This document shows, piece by piece, positions 1 to 11,300 of a stretch of DNA of 37,439 nucleotides (the first letter of the stretch is position 1; each line of letters opens with the position of its first letter). Location: positions 419,225 to 456,663 of the forward strand of contig NW_008246079.1 of the NCBI RefSeq assembly GCF_000281045.1, read 5' to 3'. Origin of the DNA: Saprolegnia diclina VS20. Lineage: Eukaryota. Made by a program: the position numbers and the translations under genes. The notes under the pieces were generated by a model. It was not told the origin of the DNA and ran no database searches. It saw only the letters and a program-made list of their open reading frames with translations.

Positions 1-369
1 CAGCAGTTGCAACAACGGCTACTGGTCAACAACGTGCAAGTGAATTTACGTTTTTGAGATCTCGCGTGCTGATTCCCAATATTTTTGATTTGTCTGTCGT
101 GGGCAATGTGCGTTATACGCTCGTGGACACTGCTCTGGTGAAAGGGTCACTATGCTGCATGGTGATTGGCTGAAAAACTTTGAAATTGCCCTGAAAAGTT
201 TGAAAAACAGGTGTTTGAAATTGGCAAATGCCAACATTTTTTAAAAATTGCTTGTGGTGACGCTTGGGAGGTCGGCCCACACTGCGTTCCGAGTTGCTTG
301 ATTGTTTTGATGTCCAAGATACCACAGGGAAGCAGCAATAGCGAGTGTCGATGCATTTTTATATTTGCG

Positions 370-786
370 ATGAAGACCATGCAAGAAGACATGGCGGTCA
401 GCATCCTCCTGGACGCGTATCTCCAAAAGAAGCTGTCAACTTGCCACTGCAAGCTCGTGCAAGAGGCCAAGCGGCTGCACTTACTCAAGCGCGATATTGA
501 AGGCTGCTTGGAACGCCTTGTGATTATTCGCGCCCAACTGAGAGCGGAAGACGACGCCACCGCAACGCAAGGACCGGAGACAGAGTCGTCTGCGAGTGAG
601 AGGGACCAAGAGCACCAGCTTATGGCCGACATAACCGACGCCCTCAAGATCACAAAAGCCACCATCCGGGCGCTCGTCCGTCGCAAGGCGGCGCTCACCA
701 AGTCACGCGCTAGCCTTCACAACCGCCAGCGTCGATTGGTCGAGCGCGCATATCGCTCGGGTACATTCGTCAGCTTTGCCTCCTAA
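370..786 (+). CDS. Hypothetical coiled-coil protein (138 aa)
   Basis: ATG at 370 follows AT-rich upstream DNA. The ORF is GC3-rich and helical/charged (EAKRLHLLKRDIEGCLERL..., ALVRRKAALTKSRASL). No family recognised. Confidence 0.5.
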   Translation: MKTMQEDMAVSILLDAYLQKKLSTCHCKLVQEAKRLHLLKRDIEGCLERLVIIRAQLRAEDDATATQGPETESSASERDQEHQLMADITDALKITKATIRALVRRKAALTKSRASLHNRQRRLVERAYRSGTFVSFAS

Positions 787-1271
787 ATCAAGCCCGGCGC
801 CAGCTCCCGGCGCCATCACAATTAAGAACGCTAGACATCCATAACTTAAGAAATATTGTTATCAAAAGCTTTGTAGTACAATAATCGATTCGACTGTGTC
901 AGTACAGAGTGTACCGGTCGGCACACACGGCTGCACACCGCGACCTTGGGTGCGTCTGCTATGCCTGCGGAGAAACCGAGTTTCGGGACAAGTAAAACAG
1001 GTACTCCTTTTATCAGGCACACCTATCTCAGATACTAATAGTAGACGACTACACAAGCAACCAACGCGACGCATCTATGTACTGTACTGTCCCAGATGTA
1101 CTGCACTGGCCAAAGTACACGTGAAGTGGACTGAACAAGCTCCTCATTCCACCGGCGAACGAGATTGTCCCAACCAAGAGTCATTTTTTCTCCCTTGTCC
1201 CAACGGAGCCAAAATTATGGCGGCCAAATGAAGGCTCAATTCCAACGGCCTCGCCCGTCCGGTCATCTTGT

Positions 1272-1290
1272 GCTCATTCTTCCTTTTACC
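1272..1290 (+). promoter_or_regulatory. Oomycete Inr + FPR core promoter
   Basis: GCTCATTCTTCCTTTTACC matches the oomycete YCATTYY-NN-WTTY element and starts 27 nt upstream of the ATG at 1299. Confidence 0.65.
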
Positions 1291-1298
1291 CTTTCAAC

Positions 1299-2075
1299 AT
1301 GAAATCGTCCTGCCTCCTTGCCCTTCTCGCCGCGACGGCCGCCAGCGCCCAGTGGACCGACTGCTCGCCCGAGACCGTCGTCACTGTCAGCGACGCGCTC
1401 CAGTCGTGCGCCAAGAGCGCCGGCATCACCACCCAGTACGCGGCCCTCAGCCTCGTCGGTCTCTTGCGCGACCCGACGTCCGCGACGGCTCAAGCCTACT
1501 GCAAGCACGAGCTGCCGGGCTGCACCGACGTGGCGATCGCGAGCCAGAAGGCCAATTGCAGCTACAACCTCTACAAGGGCTCGTGGGTCAACTTGCACGA
1601 CGTCGTGCCCACGCTCTGCGCCTCGGTGCCGACCACGACGCCGACCATGACGCCGGCGATGACAACGGTCCCAGTGTCCGTAGCAACAACGGCTCCCGTG
1701 AATGCGACGACAACGACCTCTGTGCCGGCCACGGTGGCGGTCAACGCGACGACAACTGCACCTGTTGTCAATGGTACGACGCCCAACACCACGACGAACG
1801 TCGTCCACGTCCTCACGACGCCGCCGTCGCGCGGGTGCACGCACGTCAGTGTCGCGGGCGATGCAACGTACTGCGTCGCGGGGCCGATTTGCAGCGGCGA
1901 CGGTCTTTTGCCGGCGGGCACCAAGTGTCCTCTCAAGGGCGATGTGGCCGTCGCGAGCTGCGTGCGCGCGCTCCCGAGTTACGTCGACAGCGCAACATGC
2001 GTGCTCCCGGCGAACGCTGTGTGCCAAAAGATCCCGACGGGCGCGTGGGGCTGCGTGCTGCCCACAACCGCGTAG
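1299..2075 (+). CDS. Secreted elicitin-like protein with Thr-rich mucin linker and C-terminal 8-Cys oomycete domain
   Basis: Signal peptide MKSSCLLALLAATAASA. Six-Cys domain (C22, C37, C68, C75, C87, C107) with elicitin-like CxxxxG, PTxxxxxxxC and VNL..C features. T/P/V-rich linker with NxT sequons. C-terminal GCTHVSVAGDATYC...KIPTGAWGCVLP domain typical of oomycete mucin-like proteins. Confidence 0.8.
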   Translation: MKSSCLLALLAATAASAQWTDCSPETVVTVSDALQSCAKSAGITTQYAALSLVGLLRDPTSATAQAYCKHELPGCTDVAIASQKANCSYNLYKGSWVNLHDVVPTLCASVPTTTPTMTPAMTTVPVSVATTAPVNATTTTSVPATVAVNATTTAPVVNGTTPNTTTNVVHVLTTPPSRGCTHVSVAGDATYCVAGPICSGDGLLPAGTKCPLKGDVAVASCVRALPSYVDSATCVLPANAVCQKIPTGAWGCVLPTTA

Positions 2076-2217
2076 AGTCTCGCATCCCGTCGTGCATTTT
2101 GAACAAAAAAATGAATAAATAGATTATATACCGAGCACTCTAGAAGCCAGGTGTGGAAAGGGTCTTCTCGCTTTTGTACTAGTACGCGTGTAGCAACTTC
2201 AGCATTCCAATTCCAAT

Positions 2218-3240
2218 ATGGCTAGACGCTCAGCAACCCTCCTGACGGTGCTGGCTCTGGCGGTCACGATCGACGGCTGTTGCTCGACGTGCTTGGCGCA
2301 GCCGCTTGTCGGTGCCGTCGACGCGCTCAACTGGACAGCGTGCGCGGCGACGCAATCCGTCTGCTGCTTTGACGACGTGTGTCAATCGTCTGTGTTCGGG
2401 GCGCCCAACTACAACGTCGCGCAGCTCACATACGCGGCGGGCAAGGCGCAGATTCCGAGCGGCACGTGGCTCCAGCTCAATTGGCCAGCGGCGACCAACG
2501 TCAGCTACATGGTGCTCAAAACCGGGCAGCCCAAGACGTCCCAAGTCTTCAACACGAGTCTACCGGCAGTCTTCAAGGACAACTACTTCTCCATGTGTGC
2601 AAGCGTCGTTGGCGCGCTCTACTTTCGAGGGTTTGCAACCAACGGCTGCCGTGCGTCGCAAGAGATGGTCGTCGAGGTATACACATATTGTCATATCGTC
2701 CAACGATATTTAACGTGTTGGACGCCTTTATATATTACTAGATCATTCCAGGCAACGGCACCACGTGCAGTGCGATTCCGAGCGCGCCAGTGTTGACCAG
2801 CGACTGCGATCCGGTCCGCGGCGCGGTCAAAAGTACGTTTTTTGAAAAATACACCGAGGAAATGCGTTCTACTTTGCTAGATGGCGTCTGCGAGTGCATT
2901 GCCGACAAGTCGGGCCCGCCGCAATGCCTCGGCAACTCCCCGGTTAAAATGGCTGAAGAATACGCTGGCATTGCGGGCGCTGTGGTAAGGTTTTTCAATT
3001 TTTCAATCAACAAAGTCCGCGACTTAGCTGTGTACGTAGGTGTCCATCGTCGGTGCCGGCTACGGTTTGTACCGCCAGCGCCGCGCCAAGCACTTGAAGG
3101 AACGAGCAACGACGATCGCGCTCGAGACACCCCCGGTTCTGAGATCGCCACGAAAGAACACCGCCGACGTTCCAAAGCAGGTGGTGCACTGCGGCGGCCG
3201 CAGCGACAACCGGCATGACCCGGTCGAGTATTCGTTTTAA
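2218..3240 (+). CDS. Cys-rich type I membrane protein with a juxtamembrane EGF-like motif (4 exons)
   Basis: Signal peptide. GT-AG introns at about 2677-2741, 2833-2880 and 2985-3039 join the frames to give ...CDPVRGAVKNGVCECIADKSGPPQC, a TM segment (YAGIAGAVVSIVGAGYGLY), a basic stop-transfer RQRRAK and a cytosolic tail. Confidence 0.7.
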
Positions 3241-4128
3241 CCAACAAGTCTATTGAGCCCTCAACAATTGATCAAGGGTCCATTCCCAGTCTATTGAATG
3301 AAAAGCCCTCAACGATTGCTTCACCGCAGCTCTGGGCTCTTGCTTCTGAACGACGACTGAGAACGCATCCATCTGCAAGTTGAAGACGCCTGGTTGCCGT
3401 CTTCGATTTTCGCCGAGTCGGAGATTGCCGTAGCGAGAACACATACTAGGAACAAATACAGAAACCCGTCGGTCCAAGGTCTCTGGGGCTACTAGGATAC
3501 AAGAAATTCTTTCGACATGCAACTGGGTATGGCGGCGACCCCTCGCATCTCGCATGCCAACGTGCACGGAATAATAATATTCGAACCCACCGTATTTGCT
3601 CCCATATTGAAGCAGCGAATCTATGCGAATCTATGACCACTTCTCGCTTGCCGCCTTCTCCGTTGGCCGGCCGCGCGTCCTGACAAGCCCGCATCACGCT
3701 TCGATTGGGCCCGAATGCATCCATTCCAGCGGATCATCGCTGGCGTCTTTAAACCTCCATCAATTGATATTGCCCACGGTGGCGATCCAGCGGAAACGGC
3801 TGTCGCACCAGTTCACATCGTCGAGTCGGCGCCGGTTCGCACACGTCGTGGGGATCAGGAGCGAGGCGAGACACGGCGTCGTCTTGGTCTTGCGCCTTGC
3901 TTGTCGCGAGCATTACGTCAACGCACGTAGCAAAACCTCTTAGAATGCATATTACACGGTGTCGCCAGTGCGCAAAGAGAAACGCAACTTCAACATCAAC
4001 CAGCCTCTGCGTTCTGATTGGCGCATCGATTTTCCTTTTGACCAATCAAATGCACGACCTGTACAAATCCATGCAAGGCGCGGGGGTTGCCTCCGTCGTC
4101 AAAAGATCTTTTACCCTTTCGACGACAC

Positions 4129-5772
4129 ATGTCCAGCGCCCTGGACCTCGAGTCGGCGCAGCTCCTCTCGCCCGACCAGCCGCGCTCCCGCCTCTCGCCC
4201 AAGGTACGACCATCATGCGTACTACATGGCGCTTCATGGCCATAAACTCATAGACCAAGAAGGTGCTGGCTGGCGGTGTCGGCCTCGCCTGCCTCGGTGT
4301 GCTGGCCATCGGCCACTTTGACGCGTCGTCGTCGCCCGCGCTAGGCGCCGCGACGCTCGCCGACGACGTCCTCGACACGACGCCCAACACGACCGTACAA
4401 TTGCCCAATGCGACGGCGGCCATCGACCGCATTGGCAGCCTGCCGGACCCGGAAGCAATGACGCCGGCGCTGACGATGCTCGCGCTTGGCGACTGGGGTG
4501 GGACACTCGGGAAGGAAAACGGCGACCCGGGCTCGTGCTGCGTCATCTACAACGGCTGGGTCAACCCCAACTCGTACCGGTTCCAGATCGACTATTGGGC
4601 CCAAAATTACGTGGCCGAGCTCATGGCGCTCTCAGCGAACGAGCTTGCGCCATCTCGGATCCTCTCGCACGGCGACAACTTTTATTGGGTCGGCGTCGGC
4701 CTCGACAACGCCAAGTACCGGTTCGAGCAGTCGTTCGAGAAGGTATACAACCAGCCGTCGCTGCAATACGTCCCGTGGATCAACGTCATGGGCAACCACG
4801 ACATTGGCGGCGCCAACTTTATCTGCGGCGACAGCGAGCCCTACTACGAGTGCTCGTCGCCGTCCGAGCTCGTCGACTACCTCGAACACCGGTATCTCGC
4901 GCAGAGCAGCTACAAGAGTCCGTACGGCGATCGGTGGGTGCTGCGGGACCACTACTACGTCGAGCGTGTCGAGCGCAACGGCGTGGTCGTTGAGATCTTC
5001 AACATCGACACCAACTACGCCGAAGGCAGCGGTGGCAAAGAGGTCTGCTGTCAATGCTACGGGTACGCCGCCAAGTACAACACGAACGCCGGTGTGTGTG
5101 GCAACACGGAGCGCGGCGCGCCGTCGTGCGCGGGCGGCAGCACCGAGCTCTACGACGCGTGCATCAACCGCATCAACGCATGGGCCGACGAAGGCTACAC
5201 GCGGGCGCGCGCCGACATTGCCGCGTCGGACGCCGACTTTACCATCATCAACACGCACTACTCGCCGCATTACCACATGAACAACGAGAAGATGCTCAAG
5301 TGGTACGACCTCTGCAACGCGACGAACGTCACGCTGTGGATCAACGGCCACACGCACGGCTTCAACCACGACATTGCGACGTGGGGCACGCATTTCATCG
5401 AGAACGGCGGCGGCGGCGGCTACTTCACTGCCAACAGCCCCGTGATCGAGAACGACCTCGTTAAAAAGTACGTCGATCCTTCTTTCCGTCGGGCGCTCAT
5501 CGAGTTGTTTCCCTAGTCAATGGCTCGTGGAAGGCCAGCCGTACGGCATCTTTGAGCTCAGCTTCTCGAAAGACTGGCTCAAGGCGCAATTCGTCACGTT
5601 CGACAACGACTGGGTCTTTGGCGGCTTCGACTACAGCAAACTCAAAGTCGGCGGCATTGCGCGCGGCCACTGCTGGTACATTCCGAGCGCCCATAGCGAT
5701 GTTCCCAAGCGCGGTGTCGAGTGCAACTCGTCCGTGAACGGCGCGATTGGCGCTCCGCTCTGGTGGAGCTAA
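4129..5772 (+). CDS. Calcineurin-like metallophosphoesterase (purple/tartrate-resistant acid phosphatase family), N-terminal membrane anchor
   Basis: Metallophos motifs GDWG, GDNFY, GNHD, THY and GHTH. Introns 4204-4253 and 5468-5516 keep the frame. Hydrophobic segment VLAGGVGLACLGVLAIG. Confidence 0.9.
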
Positions 5773-6959
5773 GGCCTGCCGTCCTGTGTTAGGTCTAGTG
5801 TTTTCTGCATCATAATTCTAATTTTTAATCTAGTTCCAACCGCTCGTTAGTGATGACGACGAGTGCTTGTGCAGTACCGTGCTCCAGGCGCGCTGTCGTG
5901 CACGCACGGCAAGCACGCAGCCGCAAACGATGCGGCTCCGAGGCCTCTCTGATCGAATCGCAGTTCTTCGTTCTGACCCAGGACAGTTGAAAGATCTCAA
6001 AGAGCGTCTACAGGTCAAGCTCAAGCTGTCCTCCGTCGAGTGGCGTGAGTCTCGTGCGCATGTACCGGTAGCATGGGCACGAGTAATACCACTGGATTCA
6101 AGCGGTGCGTCCGTTGGTCACCTGCGCAGAGACCAAGCCATCTCCATCGCGGACGTCGTGGGTGGCTGCAGGTGCTTTCGATAAACAACGACAACAGGTC
6201 CGTGTACGCTCGCTTGCATAGCCATGGGCGCGAAATAAGACGGCCTCCAAATAAGATTTACAATAAGACGTCCAAGTTGCACTTGCCGTTCATGTCGTCA
6301 CGGCGTGTCTGCGCCGACCGACAGACCTCTATCTATGCACGCATTTGCGTTAGAAAAAAGGCTGCGCCTGTCCGCGGCAAAGCCTGCGACAAGCACTGCA
6401 TGCGAGGTTGGAGCAGGCGCGCGAGGCGGCCAATCACGGCGGGGAAGAGCATGGCGGCGGCACACGCCCGTGCGTCATGCAAGGTTGTTGACACCCCCTT
6501 GGGAGCACTCCTCACGTGGCCTGTTTACAAACCGCGTTGAGAGACTTGGATTGAATCTTGCGCCAAGGTGATCGGTGCTTTTTTTCTTTCAACGTTCTAT
6601 ACTTGTTGTTTGTAGCGCGAATGGAATCTGGTAAAAAAAAGTGCGAAAAAGATTCAAAACCTGCTCGCGTTGAGTTTGCACTTGGAATCTGAATTTTAAT
6701 GATGTATGGGATTGCATTTAAATGCATATGGACTTGATTTATCTTGGGAGTTGTATGTGGAATGATGAAGATGCATTAAAAAGAGCGCGCGAAATGCAAT
6801 AAAATGACCACTGTCGCAAGCTGCTCACATGTGACAGGAACCAAAAAGGGCCAGTCGCGGTGGCTGCTAGAAGACGGGCTGGCGAACCGCGCCAGCTGGT
6901 CGCACATGCGACTGGACAACAACTTGGGATGTGGATTGGTGGCGCCTTCGTCGACTGGT

Positions 6960-6975
6960 CTCATTTCCCAATTCC
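6960..6975 (+). promoter_or_regulatory. Oomycete Inr + FPR core promoter
   Basis: CTCATTTCCCAATTCC lies about 30 nt upstream of the ATG at 6992. Confidence 0.55.
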
Positions 6976-6991
6976 ACAGCCTCCACACACC

Positions 6992-7387
6992 ATGGGCATC
7001 ACAACCGCCGAGCGCCAGCAGTACCAGCTCAAGGGCATTGAAGCGTGGCTCGTCAAGCTTGGCCACCACGAGAAGGCCGCGCCGGTGGCCGACGACACGC
7101 CGTTCAAGGCGGAACTGAGTGCGATCAAGACTGTGCTCAAGCAGCATAAGTCGCAGCTCTCGTTTCTCTCCAAGCACGTCAAGGCGCCGGTGACGCCGCC
7201 GCGCCACTACTACACGACGGGCATCATTATCTCGGGCAAGCGCACGCCGTTCACAAAGTACGCGGCGCACAAGGGCCAGAAGAAGCGCCTCGACACGATC
7301 TACGAGACGGACCAGCTCTGGAAGGTCCGCGTCGACGAAGAGAAGGCCACCAAGACGGCAGCCGCCGTGCAAATGCTCATCCGATGA
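6992..7387 (+). CDS. Small basic hypothetical protein (131 aa), GKxxPFT-motif family
   Basis: ATG at 6992 follows an Inr. Strong GC3 codon bias. Shares motifs with the ORF at 7563. Confidence 0.75.
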   Translation: MGITTAERQQYQLKGIEAWLVKLGHHEKAAPVADDTPFKAELSAIKTVLKQHKSQLSFLSKHVKAPVTPPRHYYTTGIIISGKRTPFTKYAAHKGQKKRLDTIYETDQLWKVRVDEEKATKTAAAVQMLIR

Positions 7388-7562
7388 GCATGCCATGTGC
7401 ACGCCGTATTTAACCTCCATTTTCTAATTTAACGTTTTGAACCAAAATGACTGAGTTGATACTGACGACCGTTGGCAACGGGTCGATGAGGTCGATTCGA
7501 ATCATACTCAACGTCGTCTGCGCTTCTGCCGTCGGCAGTACACGTATCGTAGGAGAGAAGAG

Positions 7563-7940
7563 ATGACATCGGTCGTCGCCATCGCCTCGTGCCTTGTAGC
7601 ATGGCTCCATAGCACCCAGCCACCGGCGCGAAAGCGGCCTAGCGTCGCCAAGCAGCCCTTTGAAGTCGCTCAGATCAAAGCGCTACTGCATGCCCGGCCG
7701 TCGCACGTCTTGCCCAACTGCGTGCTGCCGCCCGTCGCGCCGCCGCGTCGGTACAAGCTCCGACCCGTCTTTGTGGGCGGTAAGCAAGTGCCCTTCACAC
7801 TCAAGGTCTCTCGCCGATGCGCACTGCAGCGCCACCCACTTCATATCGTCGCGGAAGGCCCCACGCGCCGCCAGCTCCAGCAGCGGACGACCTTGGCGAT
7901 GGCCAAGGAGCGCGCGATCGACCCCGAGCGTGCCTGTTAG
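7563..7940 (+). CDS. Small basic hypothetical protein (125 aa), related to the 6992 protein
   Basis: PPRRYKLRPVFVGGKQVPFT aligns with PPRHYYTTGIIISGKRTPFT of the upstream gene. Confidence 0.6.
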   Translation: MTSVVAIASCLVAWLHSTQPPARKRPSVAKQPFEVAQIKALLHARPSHVLPNCVLPPVAPPRRYKLRPVFVGGKQVPFTLKVSRRCALQRHPLHIVAEGPTRRQLQQRTTLAMAKERAIDPERAC

Positions 7941-8327
7941 CAGGGCTAATAGATGAGGATACATGATGTATCGCACGCTTGGAGCTACGTCTTCAACGTC
8001 CGTGGCTTTGGCATCGCTGGCGTCTATGCGCTCGGACCAGGTGACGTCAGGCGCCTCCAAAGATCCGAGCTGCGCAGCTTCAACTTGATCGGTGCCACAT
8101 GTCGCACAGGGTTTGTATGGACCACTGGGATTGGTTGATTGTTTCGTGTCTTTTGGCCAATCCACATCCTTTTTCAGACTGAAACTCAACCCGTCTGGAT
8201 TGAGCCTCGTGATTCGTCTAAATAAACACCACTAGGAAGATCAAGACCGATAGATCGCGGTGACTCTTGAACGTAAAATGGCGTGATTCTAGACAACCTA
8301 AAACAAGTATAAAAGATTTCGTCGACG

Positions 8328-11300
8328 ATGGCGTTCGAGATCCATGGACCCACCGACAGCGTGACGGCCGTCTGCCTCGGCGCCGGGCGCTTCCTCGTAC
8401 GATGATACGGAACCATGCGCCGTCGCTTATCTTGGCGATCGTAGCGCTCGTTGCTTGTGCCCGCCCTGCGCCAGCTCGGCCATGGCGTCGTCGTCGCCCA
8501 GCCGCGAGGACACGACTTTGTCGACGCCTGCCTGGCAGCTGGCAGCACGTACGAGATGGACGTCATCGAGCGCGACGGCCATACAACAACCCACACGGTA
8601 TCCTCCATCGCGATCTCGCCCATAAAAAGGCTTTCAATCATGCTCCGTAGGTCGAGCTCGCCGGCGTCGGGACCGTGGGCACGCCGGACGGCCGCGCAGC
8701 CTTTCTCGAGCTTCCATACAAGCTACCGTATCTGCGCTACATCGGCGTCGGCGTCACGGAAGCTGGGATCCAAGCCGGCAGTCCAGCCATGGCGGATCTC
8801 GCCTCGTTCTTGGCCACTTGCAGTGTCGCCTTGCCCCGTACGACCTTCCTCCTCAGCTCCATGTCGGTTCACATAGATACGGCGTGTAGATGCTACGCTC
8901 TCGGTGATCAATACGGACAACCTCCCGGCCAACGGCGACACGATCCAAGCGCTCGTCCTCGGGCTCTGCACGCTGGACGTCGCCGCGTACATTGGTGCCC
9001 ACGTGACCTTTCACAATTCGATGGTCGACCGCATCACGGCCGGTCGGCCCAGCAACAGTCTCGTGCCCTACTCCGAGCCGCTACCTCCAAAGGCGCTCGT
9101 CCTGGAAGACACGACGTTGTCTCTGGACGCGTCGTGGGCCGCGCTGCCGGGTGTTGTCGTCCTGCGCACCCCCGGTCCGTATCCTCTTCAGCAACCTCAA
9201 TTCTCAATTCTCAATTCGAATGTACTAGGCGAGTTGAGCGCGTACCACAAACTCAAACTCAATATTGCCAACGCGACGCACACGGCAATGGTCTACTGCC
9301 TCGCGCTCTCTCGTGTCGCCAACACGACGTCGACAACCGAAGCACTCTACACGTTCCTGGACGAGCTCTTTCGGCGTGATATTGCGCCGGCACTGGTTCG
9401 CCACGACCAGATTCCTGCCGTACTAGATCTCGTCGAGAACCAGATGTGAAACGCGACGCTGGTAGGCGCTGGTGCAGAGCGTGTACGACGAGTGGATCCA
9501 TCGATTGCGCCACCCGTACTTTGGCATGGACACGTTTTTCGTGAGCCAGAACGCATTTACAAAGTTCGAGATCCGACTCTGGCCGTCCGTGCTTTCCAAT
9601 CTGGCGGCAAGACGCACCACTCGTTACCAGATTATGTAACACGCTGTCGCTGCGTAGGAAGACGCAGCGTACCAGCCTAGTGCCATGATGGCTCTGGCCA
9701 CGGCCTTTCTCTTGCGGTTCCTGACCCCCGCGCCAACTTCTGTTGTGAATGCCACCGGCCCAGTGTTTACCGGTGCGCACTTCTGCTGCCACCGAGTTGT
9801 TTCAGAGTACCCGCTAGGCTTTATGGACCCGATGACACCATCCACGACTCAAGGTCGGCGCTGGCACTACGTGGGCGACCTGTTCGCCGATACGAGTGGC
9901 GTCGGCATCTACACGTTTCGCGATGGAAACGGGTCTGTGCCGTCGCGCTTGCACAACGCCAGCTCGACGTCGATCGGTAGGCGTCTTTGGCTCGGCATCA
10001 GTGTCCCACAAGGCGAAATGTAGCGGTCTTGGCGGTGCTCGAGACGCTCCCCGGCTGCGACTGGACGCGCCCGACAATGCTGCACTTTGCCGCAGACGTG
10101 GCCGCCTTGTACCACCGTCTCTTGACGTACAGAGATGTACTCTCTCGCGTCCACTAACATGTTGTATTTTGGATAGAACGCCGGCGCTGACTGTTCTAAA
10201 AGACGTTTTGAGCCACTTTACAGCGCCGCCGACGAGCGCGCTCACGTCTCCCGACGCAGTGGCCGCCAGCGTCCAGGCGCACGTCGCCAACACGCCTGTG
10301 ATTGACGTGCACACCCACTTGTTTCCGCCGTCCCACGACGCACTCATGCTCTGGGGCATCGACGCGCTCTTGACGTACCACTACCTCGTGGCCGAGTACC
10401 TCAGCACTGCGCCCATGTCCCCCGACGCTTTCCACGTCCGTTGCATTTGGAGAATCCACGAGGAATAAGAACCCTAACCCGTCAACATAGGCGCTCGCGA
10501 TGACAGCGCAAGCCGACGCGGTGTGGCAACATCTGTTTATCGACCGGTCGCCGCTCTCCGAGGCGTGCCAAGGCGTGATCACGACGCTCTTTGAGCTCGG
10601 TCTCGCGTCGTTGGTGGCGCAGCGAGACCTGCGTGGCATCCGCGGTAGCGACTTTGGATAGAATGTCTGCTGCACTGTGTCTAGCGTGGTTCCATGCGCA
10701 GTCGCCTAGTGCGTACGTGGACCGGGTGTTCCGCCTCGCCAAGGTCCGCTATGTGGTCATGACCAACATCCCGTTCGACAAGCTGGAGACGCAGTACTGG
10801 ACGCCAACGCCAGCGAGCTGCAATCGCGCCCAGTTCAAGACAGCACTGCGCATCGACCAACTCCTTCTCGGGCTCTGGTCGTCGATCGGACCTGCCCTCG
10901 ATGCACTGTATGTGGTCATCGAATCTTCAATGTAAAATTCTGTGTGGACAGGCACCTCCCGCATACGCTGGATGGCGTCGAGAAGTTTCTGTTGCACTGG
11001 ATCGACATGCTCCAACCCGAGTACTTTATGGCCAGCGTGCCCCACACGTTTGTCTACGACGATGACGCACCGCGTGACGCGCCGCGCGATCTCGAGTCGC
11101 CCAGTGGCGCACTACTGCTGTCGTGTGTGGTCTTGCCACTGGCCGCGCGGCTGTCGCTGCCGATTGCCCTCAAGTTTGGTGCCGTCCGCGGCCTCAACCC
11201 TCGGTCTGTCGTTTGGATGATGGACAGATTGTCATGCAGTGTGTAGACTGTGCTTGGCCGGCGACGGTGTCGCGGTCGTCGACGTGTCGTTGCTGACGCG

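Noticed and set aside
5830..6800. ORFs or a mobile element in the spacer after the phosphatase gene
   Set aside because: No transposase or RT motifs and no terminal repeats seen. The AT-rich part looks like ordinary intergenic DNA.
9197..9217. (TCAATTC)x3 microrepeat
   Set aside because: It lies inside the 54-nt intron 9175-9228, with no evidence of function.
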